Position numbers and translations under genes: made by a program
Shown: positions 23,666 through 36,100 of the stretch, piece by piece
Numbering within the stretch: position 1 is the first letter of the stretch
Layout: the number at the start of each line of letters is the position of its first letter
Notes under the pieces: model-generated
Database searches by the model: none
What the model was told of the DNA's origin: nothing
The model's input: the letters and a program-made list of their open reading frames with translations, nothing else
Assembly: GCA_020137815.1 (NCBI GenBank)
Contig: CM035354.1
Coordinates: 1,302,001-1,366,000 of the forward strand
Direction of reading: 5' to 3'
Origin: Hormiphora californensis
Lineage: Eukaryota; Animalia; Ctenophora
DNA: 64,000 bases

Positions 23666-24934
23666 AGGGAGAGGAAACTTTGAAGGGAGTGAGGGGAGGT
23701 TAGGGAGAGAGATTAGAGAAATAACACTGACGAAACTGCGAGACACACAGAGAGAAAGGAGCTTTTATGTGTGATAATCATGATAATCATGACAACACAT
23801 GTCTTTATTTTACTATTTATCAGTTTTTAACCAAACTTTGTTATTTAAGTGTTTTCCCCATTTCCCTAACCAATTGCAAGTTTAACCCGTCTATCCATAT
23901 CACCATCCAACCCCAAACTATAATCCCATTCCAATTTTGTAGCAAAATGTCGGTCAGTATCTCGTAAGTATGCCCGCAGACACGAGATCTTGACATGTGT
24001 GATCGCTATATATTAGCAACGTGTGATTTATGGGCACAGCTTTCTTCTTTTGTTAAGCACTCTTAACGTTATTTATGTTATAGTCAAGCCTCTATTTACC
24101 GTGCCCCCCCCCCCCCTCGGGGGAAATAAGAAGGGTTTTGCATGGTGGTTATCGAGGTCCGGTATATCGAGGTTTGACACAGCACAGCTGATAACGATAT
24201 GTCTTTTGGACAGCACTCATGTGTTAAACACTCACATGGCACTTTCACATGACACCCCGGTGTCATGTTTCCACTTTTTCTCGCTAGAATGGGAGGTTTC
24301 ATGTTCTAGCCCGATTCTAGTTCCTCTAATACATGTTCTCTGTTTTATATGGTGTATGTGTGTGTGTGTGTCACCACGTGCTCGTTTTGTGTCTCATATT
24401 CTCTGCTTCTGTGGAGACTCTCCACTGGAGAGCCCTGAATGTTATCAGTGCTATAATATGACTTCATAGGTAGAGTGCTGTTTGGGCCTTCATGTATGAC
24501 CTGATTCATAGCCTATTTTCCGTACGGGATTTACTTTTGAGAACATTAAGACATTGTGAAGAACTAATTCTCACTATACCCAACACACATATTTATATCA
24601 GCACTATAATAAATGATATGTTTGTTTAGCGTAGTTTACATCACTAGGTACACAAATAAGAACGTGATTTTCATGACGCCCCCCACTAGGATGCAGTAGT
24701 TGTACGTGTTTCTCTGTGAAGTTCGATCAGTCGATCTTTAGCTTTATTTACTTTGTCAGATCATCAATAATGATGAATATTTTCTCTTTTAGGGTGTGCT
24801 TTATTTCCCTTTCTATCGCTCTCTTTCTCCATCTCTCAATTCTCTCCTTCTCTGAGAGAAATTCTCTCTCTCATAACTGCAGTACGTGGGCTCTTGTACT
24901 GCCAATTCAGACACTACAGTACACGAATGTCGAG

Positions 24935-25576
24935 ATTACTCGTTCGTTACGTTGCAGTTCGTTTCACTTTTGCTTGTCTCAGACACCAATAAGGGCTCTT
25001 TCTCTCACTAAAATGCAACTTAAATCCGTCTCAAATACCCATTTCTAGCACACATGAACTCCCAGTTACCACTGAACTGTCTCTCGGGCCTGGCCTAGTC
25101 TCATCACTAAATTACAGCTACATTCTTGGCCAATATCGACCAAAACTTTGGAATTTCGCATTTAATTCAATTTGGGAAACTTTGTACTTTGCCATTACGT
25201 GTTTGATAAAGGAGCACTAACAAGTCACAGAGCAGAATTCTATTCATTACTCGTTCGTTACGTTGCAGTTCGTTTCACTTTTGCTTGTCTCAGACACCAA
25301 TAAGGGCTCTTTCTCTCACTAAAATGCAACTTAAATCCGTCTCAAATACCCATTTCTAGCACACATGAACTCCCAGTTACCACTGAACTGTCTCTCGGGC
25401 CTGGCCTAGTCTCATCACTAAATTACAGCTACATTCTTGGCCAATATCGACCAAAACTTTGGAATTTCGCATTTAATTCAATTTGGGAAACTTTGTACTT
25501 TGCCATTACGTGTTTGATAAAGGAACACTAACAAGTCACAGAGCAGAATTCTATTCATTACTCGTTCGTTACGTTG
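24935..25576. repeat. 311-bp tandem duplication, near-identical copies
   Basis: attactcgttcgttacgttg at 24935, 25246 and 25557; one visible mismatch (ggagcac/ggaacac). Confidence 0.9.
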
Positions 25577-26994
25577 TTGTATGTCCGCATAGTATTCTAG
25601 AACATTTTACAGTATATTGGTGCTACATTCAGTCCTACCCCTTATCTGTGTTCAATCGTTTTTGTTTATCTTCATCTCCGATCCACTGGAAATGCATATA
25701 CCTCTCATCTCATCATCAACAACATCACGGTACCAATCATCCATCAAAATTCTGTAAGTTCACCTGTCCGTATTGTCTGTTCACAGATTGTGTAAAGTTT
25801 ATATTGTGAAGGTAATTTACTATTCAAAACCCTGTAAACATCGGGATTCCAGACCCAAACTCAAGAAATTCTCAAAGGCAAAACGTTACCTTGTTCCAGA
25901 CCAAACTAAACTCAAGACACTCTCAAAGGCAAAACGTTACCTTGATCCAGACTAAACCAAACTCAAGACTCTCTCAAAGGCAAAACGTTACCTTGTTCCA
26001 GACTCAGAAGCTGACAGGACATAAAGCTTGCGTGAGAGTGCCCGAATACAGACCACAAACAGTTAGAATATCAGAGAAATTTTGTTTGATTTTGGTGTAA
26101 TTTTGAGCGTGATATTTTAGCTACTATCTTTCATACAGACCACAGACTTTATGACAGGTTGCAACACCGTTCTGTCGTGCGGCAGAGTTTGGTACGCTAT
26201 AACCTAGAGCCACACACACACACACACACGAATGTCGAAGATTGCATGCAACAGTATCTCACTCTTTTGCTTATCTCACTCTTCCACTACAGCAGCTCTT
26301 CTAATGAATTATACCAGCTTATAATAGTGCATACAGGCAGCAGTTATACATTTCTTGGTAATTTACATGGTACTACTTTCCTAATTCCTCCCACTCTGAG
26401 TTGACAACGTACTGTATGCTTGGTAACGCAATTACCCCTACATTGCGGGCACGCTAAAACGTGCATATCGCAATGCCCTATGTACAGAGGGGTAATTTCG
26501 TTACCAAACTGTATGCCGTATATCGTACTACAGAGCTGTCCTAGTATATAGAGACACAGCTGCATCATTGACATTATTTTGATTAAGGTAGACATCATTT
26601 TATTTAAGGTAGACATGTTTAATTCAACTATGTAGGGAGGTGGGGGCTCAGTAGTATCACCTGCGTGTGTGTGTGTGGGGGCATTCTCAAGCATCCCTTA
26701 TTCACTCACATTCAATTCGGAATATAATATTCGTGTGTTAATTCGATAGTTTCTGCAGGGACTCTATTCATTTCAATGGTCCATATAATTTAAATATTCA
26801 TTGAGATCTGATTAAGTCCCCCCTGAAACAGCTCGGGCAACTAGCAGCTGCCACCTGGTACCTACTTTAACAAATATATTCATTATGCTGATCAGGTTGC
26901 ACTTAATAGATTCATTATTATAATGGCATTATATGTAGCTCGTTATAGGGGGTGCAGCTGCGATGGGTATTCATTATGTAGCTCGATTATACAT

Positions 26995-27146
26995 TCCTCA
27001 TTACCTGCTTTCATATTCTCTCTCCTTAGTTGATCATTACCTGCTTTCATATTCTCTCTCCTTAGTTGATCATTACCTGCTTTCATATTCTCTCTCCTTA
27101 GTTGATCATTACCTGCTTTCATATTCTCTCTCCTTACTTGATCATT
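26995..27146. repeat. 36-bp tandem repeat x4
   Basis: tcattacctgctttcatattctctctccttagttga units. Confidence 0.85.
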
Positions 27147-27607
27147 AGTGCCCCATGATAGCATTATTACGGTGGTTACATGTTGTAGATCACATTGAAA
27201 TTCAATATAGCACATTTCTAAATGCGTTTTTCATTCTTCCCCTCTTCGATTCTACTATGACACTCTCTAGAACTGCGATTTTACTATTATCCCTTTTGAA
27301 GAGATCTGCGTGATCCTTCCTCCATGTGTGACAGATTTTATTGCGATTTTCTCACCAGACACCGTGCTATCTACCTTGCTACCTATTATCTATGGCTGTA
27401 TATGCGGCTGTGTATTTGCTGATTTGAATGTACTGTTGAATGTACCACCATGATAGTCGGACCCCGATTTACCGTGATCATGTGCTCGGTGGAAAGGGTC
27501 TTACCCGGTAAATCGGGGTCCGACTATATATATATATATATATATACTATACCCCTCTAACCGTGCAACCTCTATGTGTGTTAGGTTACCCACAGTGGAA
27601 GATATCC

Positions 27608-27760
27608 ACGAGGTGTTCCAACCTCCACTACTGCAGCTCCAAGAGGTGTTCCAGCCTCCACTAATACAGCTCAAAGAGGTGTTCCAGCCTCCACTAATAC
27701 AGCTCAAAGAGGTGTTCCAACCTGAAACCTCCATTACTACAGCTCAAAGAGGTGTTCCTA
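27608..27760 (+). repeat. 33-bp array with repeated acceptor-like ctaatacAG upstream of the ABCC ATG
   Basis: AG|ctc(c/a)aagaggtgttcc at 27636, 27669, 27702 and 27742; ATG at 27787. Confidence 0.7.
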
Positions 27761-27786
27761 CCTAATACCCCAAGAGAGGCAGCATC

Positions 27787-30700
27787 ATGGACAATTATTG
27801 TGGGGACTGGGCGACCACTGACGGACTGTGTGTTCCCCAGTTCATCAAGTTGATAGGGAACGCTTGTATAGTTTTTGTTGCAATTCTATCCCTTTACTTC
27901 ACATCTACTGCTAAGAAGCACCTTGTCAGATTTTGGTAAGTCCTGGTAAGTCCTGTAATTACATAATAATTGGACTTGGTAAGTCCTGTAATTACATATT
28001 AATTGGACTTGGTTAGCCGTTAACCAGTTTGATGTTTGCATGATGGGGTATAATGCTGAACGGGTTGGCGGTTGTGGTTGCCATGATAACACGTTTCCAT
28101 AGTAACCAGGTTCTATACATTGCAGGCTGCACAACCTCCAGTATGCAGCAATAATGCTGAACGGGTTGGCGGTTGTGGTTGCCATGATAACACGTTTCCA
28201 TAGTAACCATTCTATACATTGCAGGCTCCACAACCACCAGTATGCAGCAATAATGCTGAACGGGTTGGTGGTTGTGGTTGCCATGATAACACGTTTCCAT
28301 AGTAACCAGGTTCTATACATTACAGGCTTCACAACCTCCAATATGCAGCAATAATGCTGAACGGGTTGGTGGTTGTGGTTGCCATGATAACACGTTTCCA
28401 TAGTAACCAGGTTCTATACATTACAGGCTTCACAACCTCCAATATGCAGCAATAATGCTGAACGGGTTGGCGGTTGTGGTTGCCATGATAACACGTTTCC
28501 ATAGTAACCATTCTATACATTACAGGCTTCACAACCTCCAGTATGCAGCAATAATGCTGAACGGGTTGGTGGTTGTGGTTGCCATGATAACACGTTTCCA
28601 TAGTAACCATTCTATACATTACAGGCTCCATAACCTCCAGTATGCAGCAATAATGCTGAACGGGTTGGCGGTTGTGGTTGCCATGATAAAACGTTTCCAT
28701 AGTAACCATTCTATACATTGCAGGCTCCACAACCTCCAATATGCAGCAATAATGCTGAACGGGTTGGCGGTTGTGGTTGCCATGATAACACGTTTCCATA
28801 GTAACCATTCTATACATTGCAGGCTCCACAACCTCCAGTATGCAGCAATAATGCTGAACGGGTTGGCGGTTGCATTAGAGATGTTGGCATGGCATAATCT
28901 CTACGGAGCAAAGGTGTTTGTTGTCCTAAACTCTGTTTATCAGGTATGTATTATATACCATTCCAGGTAAAACTATAAGCTGTTGTGGTTTAAGGGTACA
29001 CCTCGGCAAAATTTTTGTCGAGTGCCCGCTTAGCTCTCCATATGGGGTTGTAGGGCATACCAAGCCGACCTCAAATATGCAATTTTAGCCCTTAACTCGA
29101 ATTCATATTTTTGCTACAGCCCCTCAAAGTTTGACCCTAAAAACCGGTTTTTAAGGTCCCTAGATTTTATTTTTAGGGCTAGAAAGCTGAAAATTTAGGG
29201 ATTCATAGAGGATACCAAGGTGTATAGCTCAAACAGAAATTTTTTGAAATGGAGCTCAATTTTTTGTCTGAGACTATTTTACATTTTTTGACTTTGAGGC
29301 CATATTTGGACATGTTCCTATGGACCGTTAAGGCTAAAAATTGGATATTTGGTGCTCCTAACAATTGTCAAAGTAGCCACAAATTTTCAGGAGGTCCGAA
29401 TTTGAAATGTGGCCTACAGGTTTCTTTTTGTAAAGCACATATTTTAGGAAAACTTAAAATGGCTATATCTCAAGAATGGTAGGTCCTAGCGATCTAATTT
29501 TGTGCTAAATCGATTCAGCGGGTCCGATTTTGGGGGGGTCGTCTCTTATACATTTTGCTCTAAGTCTAACCGTTTTTTCAGAAATCGTATTTTAAGATTT
29601 GAACATGTTTAGCAGAAATAGGTAAGATTAGCTCTAGCTAGAAGCATTTCTGCTAAACATGTACAAACCTTAAAATACGATTTCTGAAAAAACGGTTAGA
29701 CTTAGAGCAAAATGTCTAAGAGACGACCCCCCCAAAATCGGACCCGCTGAATCGATTTAGCACAAAATTAGATCGCTAGGACCTACCATTCTTGAGATAT
29801 AGCCATTTTAAGTTTTCCTAAAATATGTGCTTTACAAAAAGAAACCTGTAGGCCACATTTCAAATTCGGACCTCCTGAAAATTTGTGGCTACTTTGACAA
29901 TTGTTAGGAGCACCAAATATCCAAATTTTAGCCTTAACGGTCCATAGGAACATGTCCAAATATGGCCTCAAAGTCAAAAAATGTAAAATAGTCTCAGACA
30001 AAAAATTGAGCTCCATTTCAAAAAATTTCTGTTTGAGCTATACACCTTGGTATCCTCTATGAATCCCTAAATTTTCAGCTTTCTAGCCCTAAAAATAAAA
30101 TTTAGGGACCTTAAAAACCGGTTTTTAGGGTCAAACTTTGAGGGGCTGTAGCAAAAATATGAATTCGAGTTAAGGGCTAAAATTGCATATTTGAGGTCGG
30201 CTTGGTATGCCCTACAACCCCATATGGAGAGCTAAGCGGGCACTCGACAAAAATTTTGCCGAGGTGTACCCTTAACTTATATCCATATAGATTGTTTCCC
30301 TAGCAAACATAACAGCATTTCAACCGCATCTTTCCAGGTCCTGGGTGCGCTAGCGACAGGTGTTTTGTATGCAGGGGGTGAGAGGACAGCTAGGCGGACA
30401 CCCCTTCTATGTCTCTGTATTTTCTACATCGCCATTCTCTTCGGGAGCATCATGGAGGCAGTGGTATGTGTTTTAGTTGTTACCATGGTAACCATGTTGT
30501 GGTTGCCATGGTAACTCGTTTCCATAACAACCATGCAATTCTACCTAACATCTACCTATCTGCAGTGGTTAATAAGGAACGATGAGATGCAGAGTTTTAC
30601 TGCTATGGATGTGAGGATACTCATCTCTGTTGGGCGATCTGTTTTCTATTGTATCCTTCTCCTGTGTGGTACCCTAAACATTATCGTAAGTTCTAACATA

Positions 30701-33700
30701 TTCTTGAAATCTCAATATGTTTTTATTCATAGGTACACCGATCAGGGTCGTGAGTAAGGGAGATGAGGGGAGTGCGACCTATAGGTCGCTCTCCCCTCAT
30801 CTCCCTCACTCACGGCGCTGCTAGTATCACAAAGTGATTGGCCCCCGTGCATAGGGTCCCCAGACCCCATACGGGGTTCAAGCCCATGGCAACCGCTCTA
30901 TTCACACCACTTCTCTCCAGAGAGGTCCAATGAGCTGGATGATAGTAGCAGAACGAGATACATGTAACAAACATTGGACAGCTGCCCTACCCTCTAGACT
31001 GACATTCTCCTGGCTACAAAACCTCCTTATCAAAGGGTTAGTAAAGTCGACCTCTCCCAATTATTCTAGTTAGATTGTTACATTTTATCGACTCTACTAG
31101 GTGGATAAAACCGTTAAAATTGAGTTCAGTAACTTCGGTTCCACACACCATCTCCCTTTTCTCTTATTTCAAAACCTTTACAAATCATATCAGTCAAGTC
31201 AACAACCAATCAGAACTCTTTATTTAGGTCACGTGACTGGTTTTCAGCCAATCAGTATTTCCTTATTTCAAAACCTATACAATTCAGGTGGAAGAAGCCG
31301 TTAGATCTAAGTGATATCGGACAACCCCCAACTGTGGACAAGTGTGAACAGTTGTCCGAACAATTTGAAGAATTGTGGGTTGAGGAAGTGAAGAAACCGA
31401 GTCCTAGCCTCATCCTGGTGAGTGTGTCAAAACTTGACAAACTGTTTCTCTGTCTCTTACTCTGCCTCTGTCTCTCTCTGTCTCTTACTCTGCCTCTCTA
31501 TCTCTCTGTCTCTCTGACTCTGTCTCTCTGACTTTGTCTGTTTTATACACAATTTCCAACCCCGAAATTGTATCTAGGAGGAACTAAACTTCCTCATTGC
31601 ATCTAGGTATGTTTGAGACTGTTTAAGATGACATACATTACCTCCATTTCTCTACGAATTATTGGAGACGGATTCTCCTTTGTGTACCCTTACGCAGTGA
31701 CGGGAATTAACAGCTACATCAATACTGTTCAGGTAAGTGTCGTTTACAACTGTATTTTGGAAGTGTGGTTTAGATAGTTAGATTCTTTATTTCTATCTGT
31801 TGGCGCCATAGACCCCGTTTATGACTTTCTAAATCTAATCTGAACACATAAAGATCAGGGCTGCCGAGCCTGGTAGGTTTGCATATAACAGTCGATAATT
31901 CACAACCTTCTTCAGACACAAAAAAAGAGTGGTGAAGTTATTCCTGATGCTGCTCCGGATGCCTTTATTTCCGTCTCAGAGTTTGGGAAAAACGGTTACG
32001 TTCTGTGTTTCTCTCTTCTTATCGCGGGGACAGCACAGAGTGTACTTGCGTGAGTAGAACAGCGTGTCTTATTATTGCAATTATATTTAGTCGTATTATT
32101 TAGCTTATTTAGTTTAGTTGTACCAACATCCAACACATCGTCTCATGACACGTTTTTTAACGGGGATTACAAAGCTACTTCTTAACCAAGGAAAACACGA
32201 GTTATGCTGGTACACCAAACAAAACACTTGGAAGTTTGTAACCCTGTTAGTGTTTACTATGTTTCAGTAACCCTATGTTTACTATTTTCAGTAACCAATA
32301 CTCCATGTTCTCCTGTTTCTGGAGAGCAGTTCACTGCAAGGCCCTTCTCCAGTATGTGATCTTCAAAAAGTCACTGAATCTCGCTCCATGGGCCAACGCT
32401 GATCCGGACCTGACACAAGGTAAGAGCCAATCAGAACTCGTTATTTAGGTCACGTGACTGGTCATCAGCCAATCAGGGAGCAATATTCCCTGATTCGGTC
32501 GGTTCCTGCAAGGTAAGAGCCGCCCCGGTCCCTGTTAGCTGGGTTTTGTGGGACGTTCTAATTGTAGGTGTCTGGTACAGCTGCACATTACAAATACCCA
32601 TATATTATTATTACATCCGGGTTACATCCCGATAATATATTATATGTTATCCGGTCATGTTGGACTGGACTTATTCTGAATACGTTCTGATTGCATCAGC
32701 AGGCTGAATCGGGGGGATGGGGGGGGGCTGAATTCAGATAAAAAAGAAACTAATAATCAAGTTCATGCTAAGAAGGAGAGGTGAATGATTTGAAATAAAA
32801 AAGCACTAGGGGAGGATTTAACAATTGTTAATTATTCCAGGAATCAATAATTAACTGTTAATTATTTCAGGAAAAGTACTGAATGTGATGAGTACGGATA
32901 CTCATCAGTATCATTTCATGTTCTACTTCGTGAATCTATGTGTTGTTGCTCCTATGATGGTATGGTTTTTAGTTCCTTCTAATTGCTTCTAATTGACTCT
33001 AATGGCCTCGATATATTATATTGTATTTGATTCTTGTAAATTCTTATTAAATCCACAGGATAAGTTACATCTAGTTAGTAGTTACACTAAACACATAACC
33101 CACCTCTGCAGATAATAGTGTCTATCATATTGTTACTGATTAACGTTGGGTGGCCCGCTATAATTGGAGTTCTAATTTTGCTCTTCTCCTTCCCTGTTAA
33201 TGGGTACCTAGCTCGGAAAATGGGAGAATTTCAAAGACAGGTAATATATAACAGTACACTTTAAAGCTTTTATACACCTCAATGGTCCTAGCCTTTATTT
33301 CAGTTAATTCAGAATACATCTTGATGTCCCCACACACCCCTTGGGCTTTGATAAATAACGGGTCAAGGGATGGCATCACAAATATATACTCTTTCTTCAT
33401 ATATCCCATATCTCACACATCTTCAGATTATGTTCGCTAAAGACAGGAGGATGAAAGTTATGAATGAGATGTTGCTGGGGATGAAAAGTATTAAAATGTA
33501 CAGTTGGGAAAACATCTTTGTTGGACTTATCAAGAATGCAAGAGCAGAGGAGGTATTTAATATAACCGCCCCCTCCACCTCCCTCCACGTCCCTCTTATA
33601 TATATTACAGAGCAGAGGATGTGTTGCTACCCCCCCTCCTCTTATCCCAGACAATCCAGCTCTGACTTCTCTCTGTCTAACTATCATATTATTATTTCAG

Positions 33701-36091
33701 ATCTAATTTGAACTAAATTATTATTTCAGTTGAAAATTCTCCGAAAGCAGCAAGTTTACAGAGCAATCTTCATCTTTCTTGCGAATGTGATCCCGACCCT
33801 AATGGCGTGTTCCATATTTGTGGTGTACAGTGTCAGTAGAACACCAGACCCGGAGACAGGGATAACTCCTAAACTAGACACCAATCTGGCACTCTTGTAC
33901 GTAGTGTGGAGTGGGGGCTGGGGCCTGGGTAGGGGGTTGGGGTGGAGGCTGGGTAGGGGCCAGGGGGTGGGGCGGGGTGGGATACAGGGATAACACCGAA
34001 ACTAGACACCAACCTGGCACTCTTGTACGTAGTGTGGAGTGGGGGCGGGCTTATCACATATTATATGTGTAGTTTTTAGATGCTACCTTATCATTTATAT
34101 TATGTTCGGTTTTTAGATGGTTTCCTATTTAATATCACAACCAGTAACCATGGAAACATAATTTCAGGACTCTCTCCCTGTTGAACATTTTGAAGCTACC
34201 ATTCATCTTGATCCCCTTTGCGGTCGGGTCCTTTGTTTCTGGTAGGGCATGTGCTCAGAGGATTACTAAGTTTCTCAAGGCCCCGGAACTACCCTCCCGT
34301 GATAAAGACGAGTTAGTGGAAAATTAATATTTATAAGTACATTATTCTATGATTATAAATAGACTATTAATAGAATAATTATAAGATATAATGACCCGCA
34401 TGCCTTTCAGTATAAAATGTTAGGTGTTTCACCACACACACACCTATTTCCCAGTGTACCTGCCATTCAGAACCCCTCCGTATACGAACTGAAGGACACC
34501 ACATTCGCGTGGGGTGACTCTGATGAGGCTGCTATAGCGCTGAAGTCAATAAACCTCGCGATACCTCGGGGCAAACTGACTATTGTGGTTGGGGAGGTGG
34601 GGTCAGGGAAGACGGCTTTTGTAAACTGTCTTCTCAGGGAAATGCACCTTCGATCGGTAAGTGGAACGTTGTTTTAGGTTTCTGTACATGTAGAGTTGCA
34701 TTTCTTGCTTATATAATGGCGTTCATCTACACGAGAGAACTGAATAAATAAAAGACTAATACACTAATTATACACTAATTATACATACGGACAGGTTCTT
34801 CCGACTTACCAAATAATACACTGTATTACTGCAGGGTACGATAGTTCAGAATGTGAGTGCTGATAAGATAAGTTATGCAGCACAATCCGCCTGGATCCTC
34901 AACTCTACAGTCCAGGAGAATATTGTGTTTGGACAGCCTCTGGATGAAAAAAGGTAATATTTAGTTAGTTAACATCTGGTTAACATGTAGTTAATATCTA
35001 GTTATCATCTAGTTAACATCTAGTTATCGTCTTTGCTACAGCTTGTATTTCTTAAGTCTCACTGACATTTTTGAAAACACTACAGTATTGAGAAGTCTTA
35101 AAAACCCATCCATCTGGTAGATACAATGAGGTATGTAAAGCAAGTTGTCTAGATTTGGACTTTAAAACATTGCCTGCCGGGGATCAGACTGAGATAGGGG
35201 AACGAGGTATGTGCAGTAGACCCCATTACATAATTAATTAATTATATTAACTAACTGTGTGTTTCCAATTAAATCAATTATGTAACTAAATCTAGTGATG
35301 ATAATTTTCTAACATTACAAGACAATAATCACCCCCGCACACAGACTATCAAAAAATACACCCTTCTATCACCCCCTTCTATCACCCCCCCCCCTTTGAT
35401 GACCCCCCTTGATCACCACCAGGTATAAACCTGAGTGGAGGACAGAGACAGAGGGTGAGCGTTGCTCGGGCCCTATACGCTCAGTCTGAGCTGGTTATCC
35501 TAGATGATCCACTGTCTGCCCTGGACGCCCATGTTGGGGCAAAGTTATTTGACAAGGGAATCAAAAAGTTCTTGAAGGACCGGACTGTCATACTTATCAC
35601 TCATCATCTCCAGTATCTTCAGGACGCTGATTTGGTAAGTTTATATTTGTATTTACACCCAAGTTGTTGCCTTGCTCGACCCTCTTTTCCATGCGCTCCG
35701 CCCGTGGAAAGTGTAGAGGATTAGAACATAACAAGTTGTATCTACCAAACACTAACACACCCAACTACACAGGTGGTAGTCGGTAGAATTTGAGCTAACA
35801 CACCCAACTAAATTACAGGTGGTAGAATTAGAGCTAACACACCCAACTAAATTACAGGTGGTAGAATTGGAGCTAACACACCCAACTAAATTACAGGTGG
35901 TAGAATTGGAGCACGGTGCGATCTCCTACCAGGGGGATCATGTTGCCTACGAACAAACATCAGCCTTCTACAAGGAGTTTCTGAAAAACCTGGCTGAGAA
36001 GGGGGAGGAGCCTGACGAGGAGGGGGATACCCCTGGACCTGATGTTAGTGAGAGGACTTTCACTGATAGGAAGTTATCTATTGCTGACAAG
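27787..36091 (+). CDS. ABCC-family transporter, sulfonylurea-receptor-like (TMD0, TMD1, NBD1; second half not in window)
   Basis: Exons 27787-27935, 28823-28943, 30338-30463, 30566-30685, 30921-31036 (SRLTFSWL), 31288-31417, 31607-31732, 31916-32049 ([14 protein letters not shown]), 32292-32419, 32871-32959, 33112-33240, 33427-33552, 33730-33896, 34168-34311, 34455-34656 (Walker A GEVGSGKT), 34835-34953, 35121-35206 (TEIGER), 35423-35634 ([17 protein letters not shown]), 35897-36091. All phases are compatible. Confidence 0.9.
28050..28872 (+). repeat. Splice-acceptor array, 99/101 bp x8, in ABCC intron 1
   Basis: AG at 28125, 28224, 28325, 28426, 28525, 28624, 28723 and 28822 (real), each followed by about 49 nt of exon 2. 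Confidence 0.95.
28994..30271. mobile_element. Foldback element with 626-bp arms, 26-bp spacer and TTAA target duplication (Kolobok-like ends)
   Basis: TTAA|GGGTACACCTCGG...CCGAGGTGTACCC|TTAA. Arms 28994-29619 and 29646-30271 are nearly identical, and the same spurious 77-aa ORF appears on both strands. Confidence 0.9.
30749..30814. repeat. 66-bp near-perfect palindrome in an ABCC intron
   Basis: cgtgagtaagggagatgaggggagtgcgacc-tata-ggtcgctctcccctcatctccctcactcacg, 2 mismatches. Confidence 0.85.
33856..34045 (+). repeat. Splice-donor duplication (about 62 bp, 128 bp apart)
   Basis: The end of exon 13 plus gtacgtagtgtggagtggggg recurs at about 33984-34045. Confidence 0.9.
35750..35913 (+). 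repeat. Splice-acceptor array, 39 bp x3-4
   Basis: ctaacacacccaactaaattacag|gtggtagaatt(a/g)gag; AG at 35772, 35818, 35857 and 35896 (real). Confidence 0.9.
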
Positions 36092-36100
36092 GTGAGTTAA

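Noticed and set aside
22908-23746. Minus-strand repetitive ORFs overlapping the CSTF1 end
   Set aside because: Translations of the 40-42 bp minisatellite.
29249-30016. Twin 77-aa ORFs on opposite strands
   Set aside because: By-product of the foldback arms; no recognisable protein motif.
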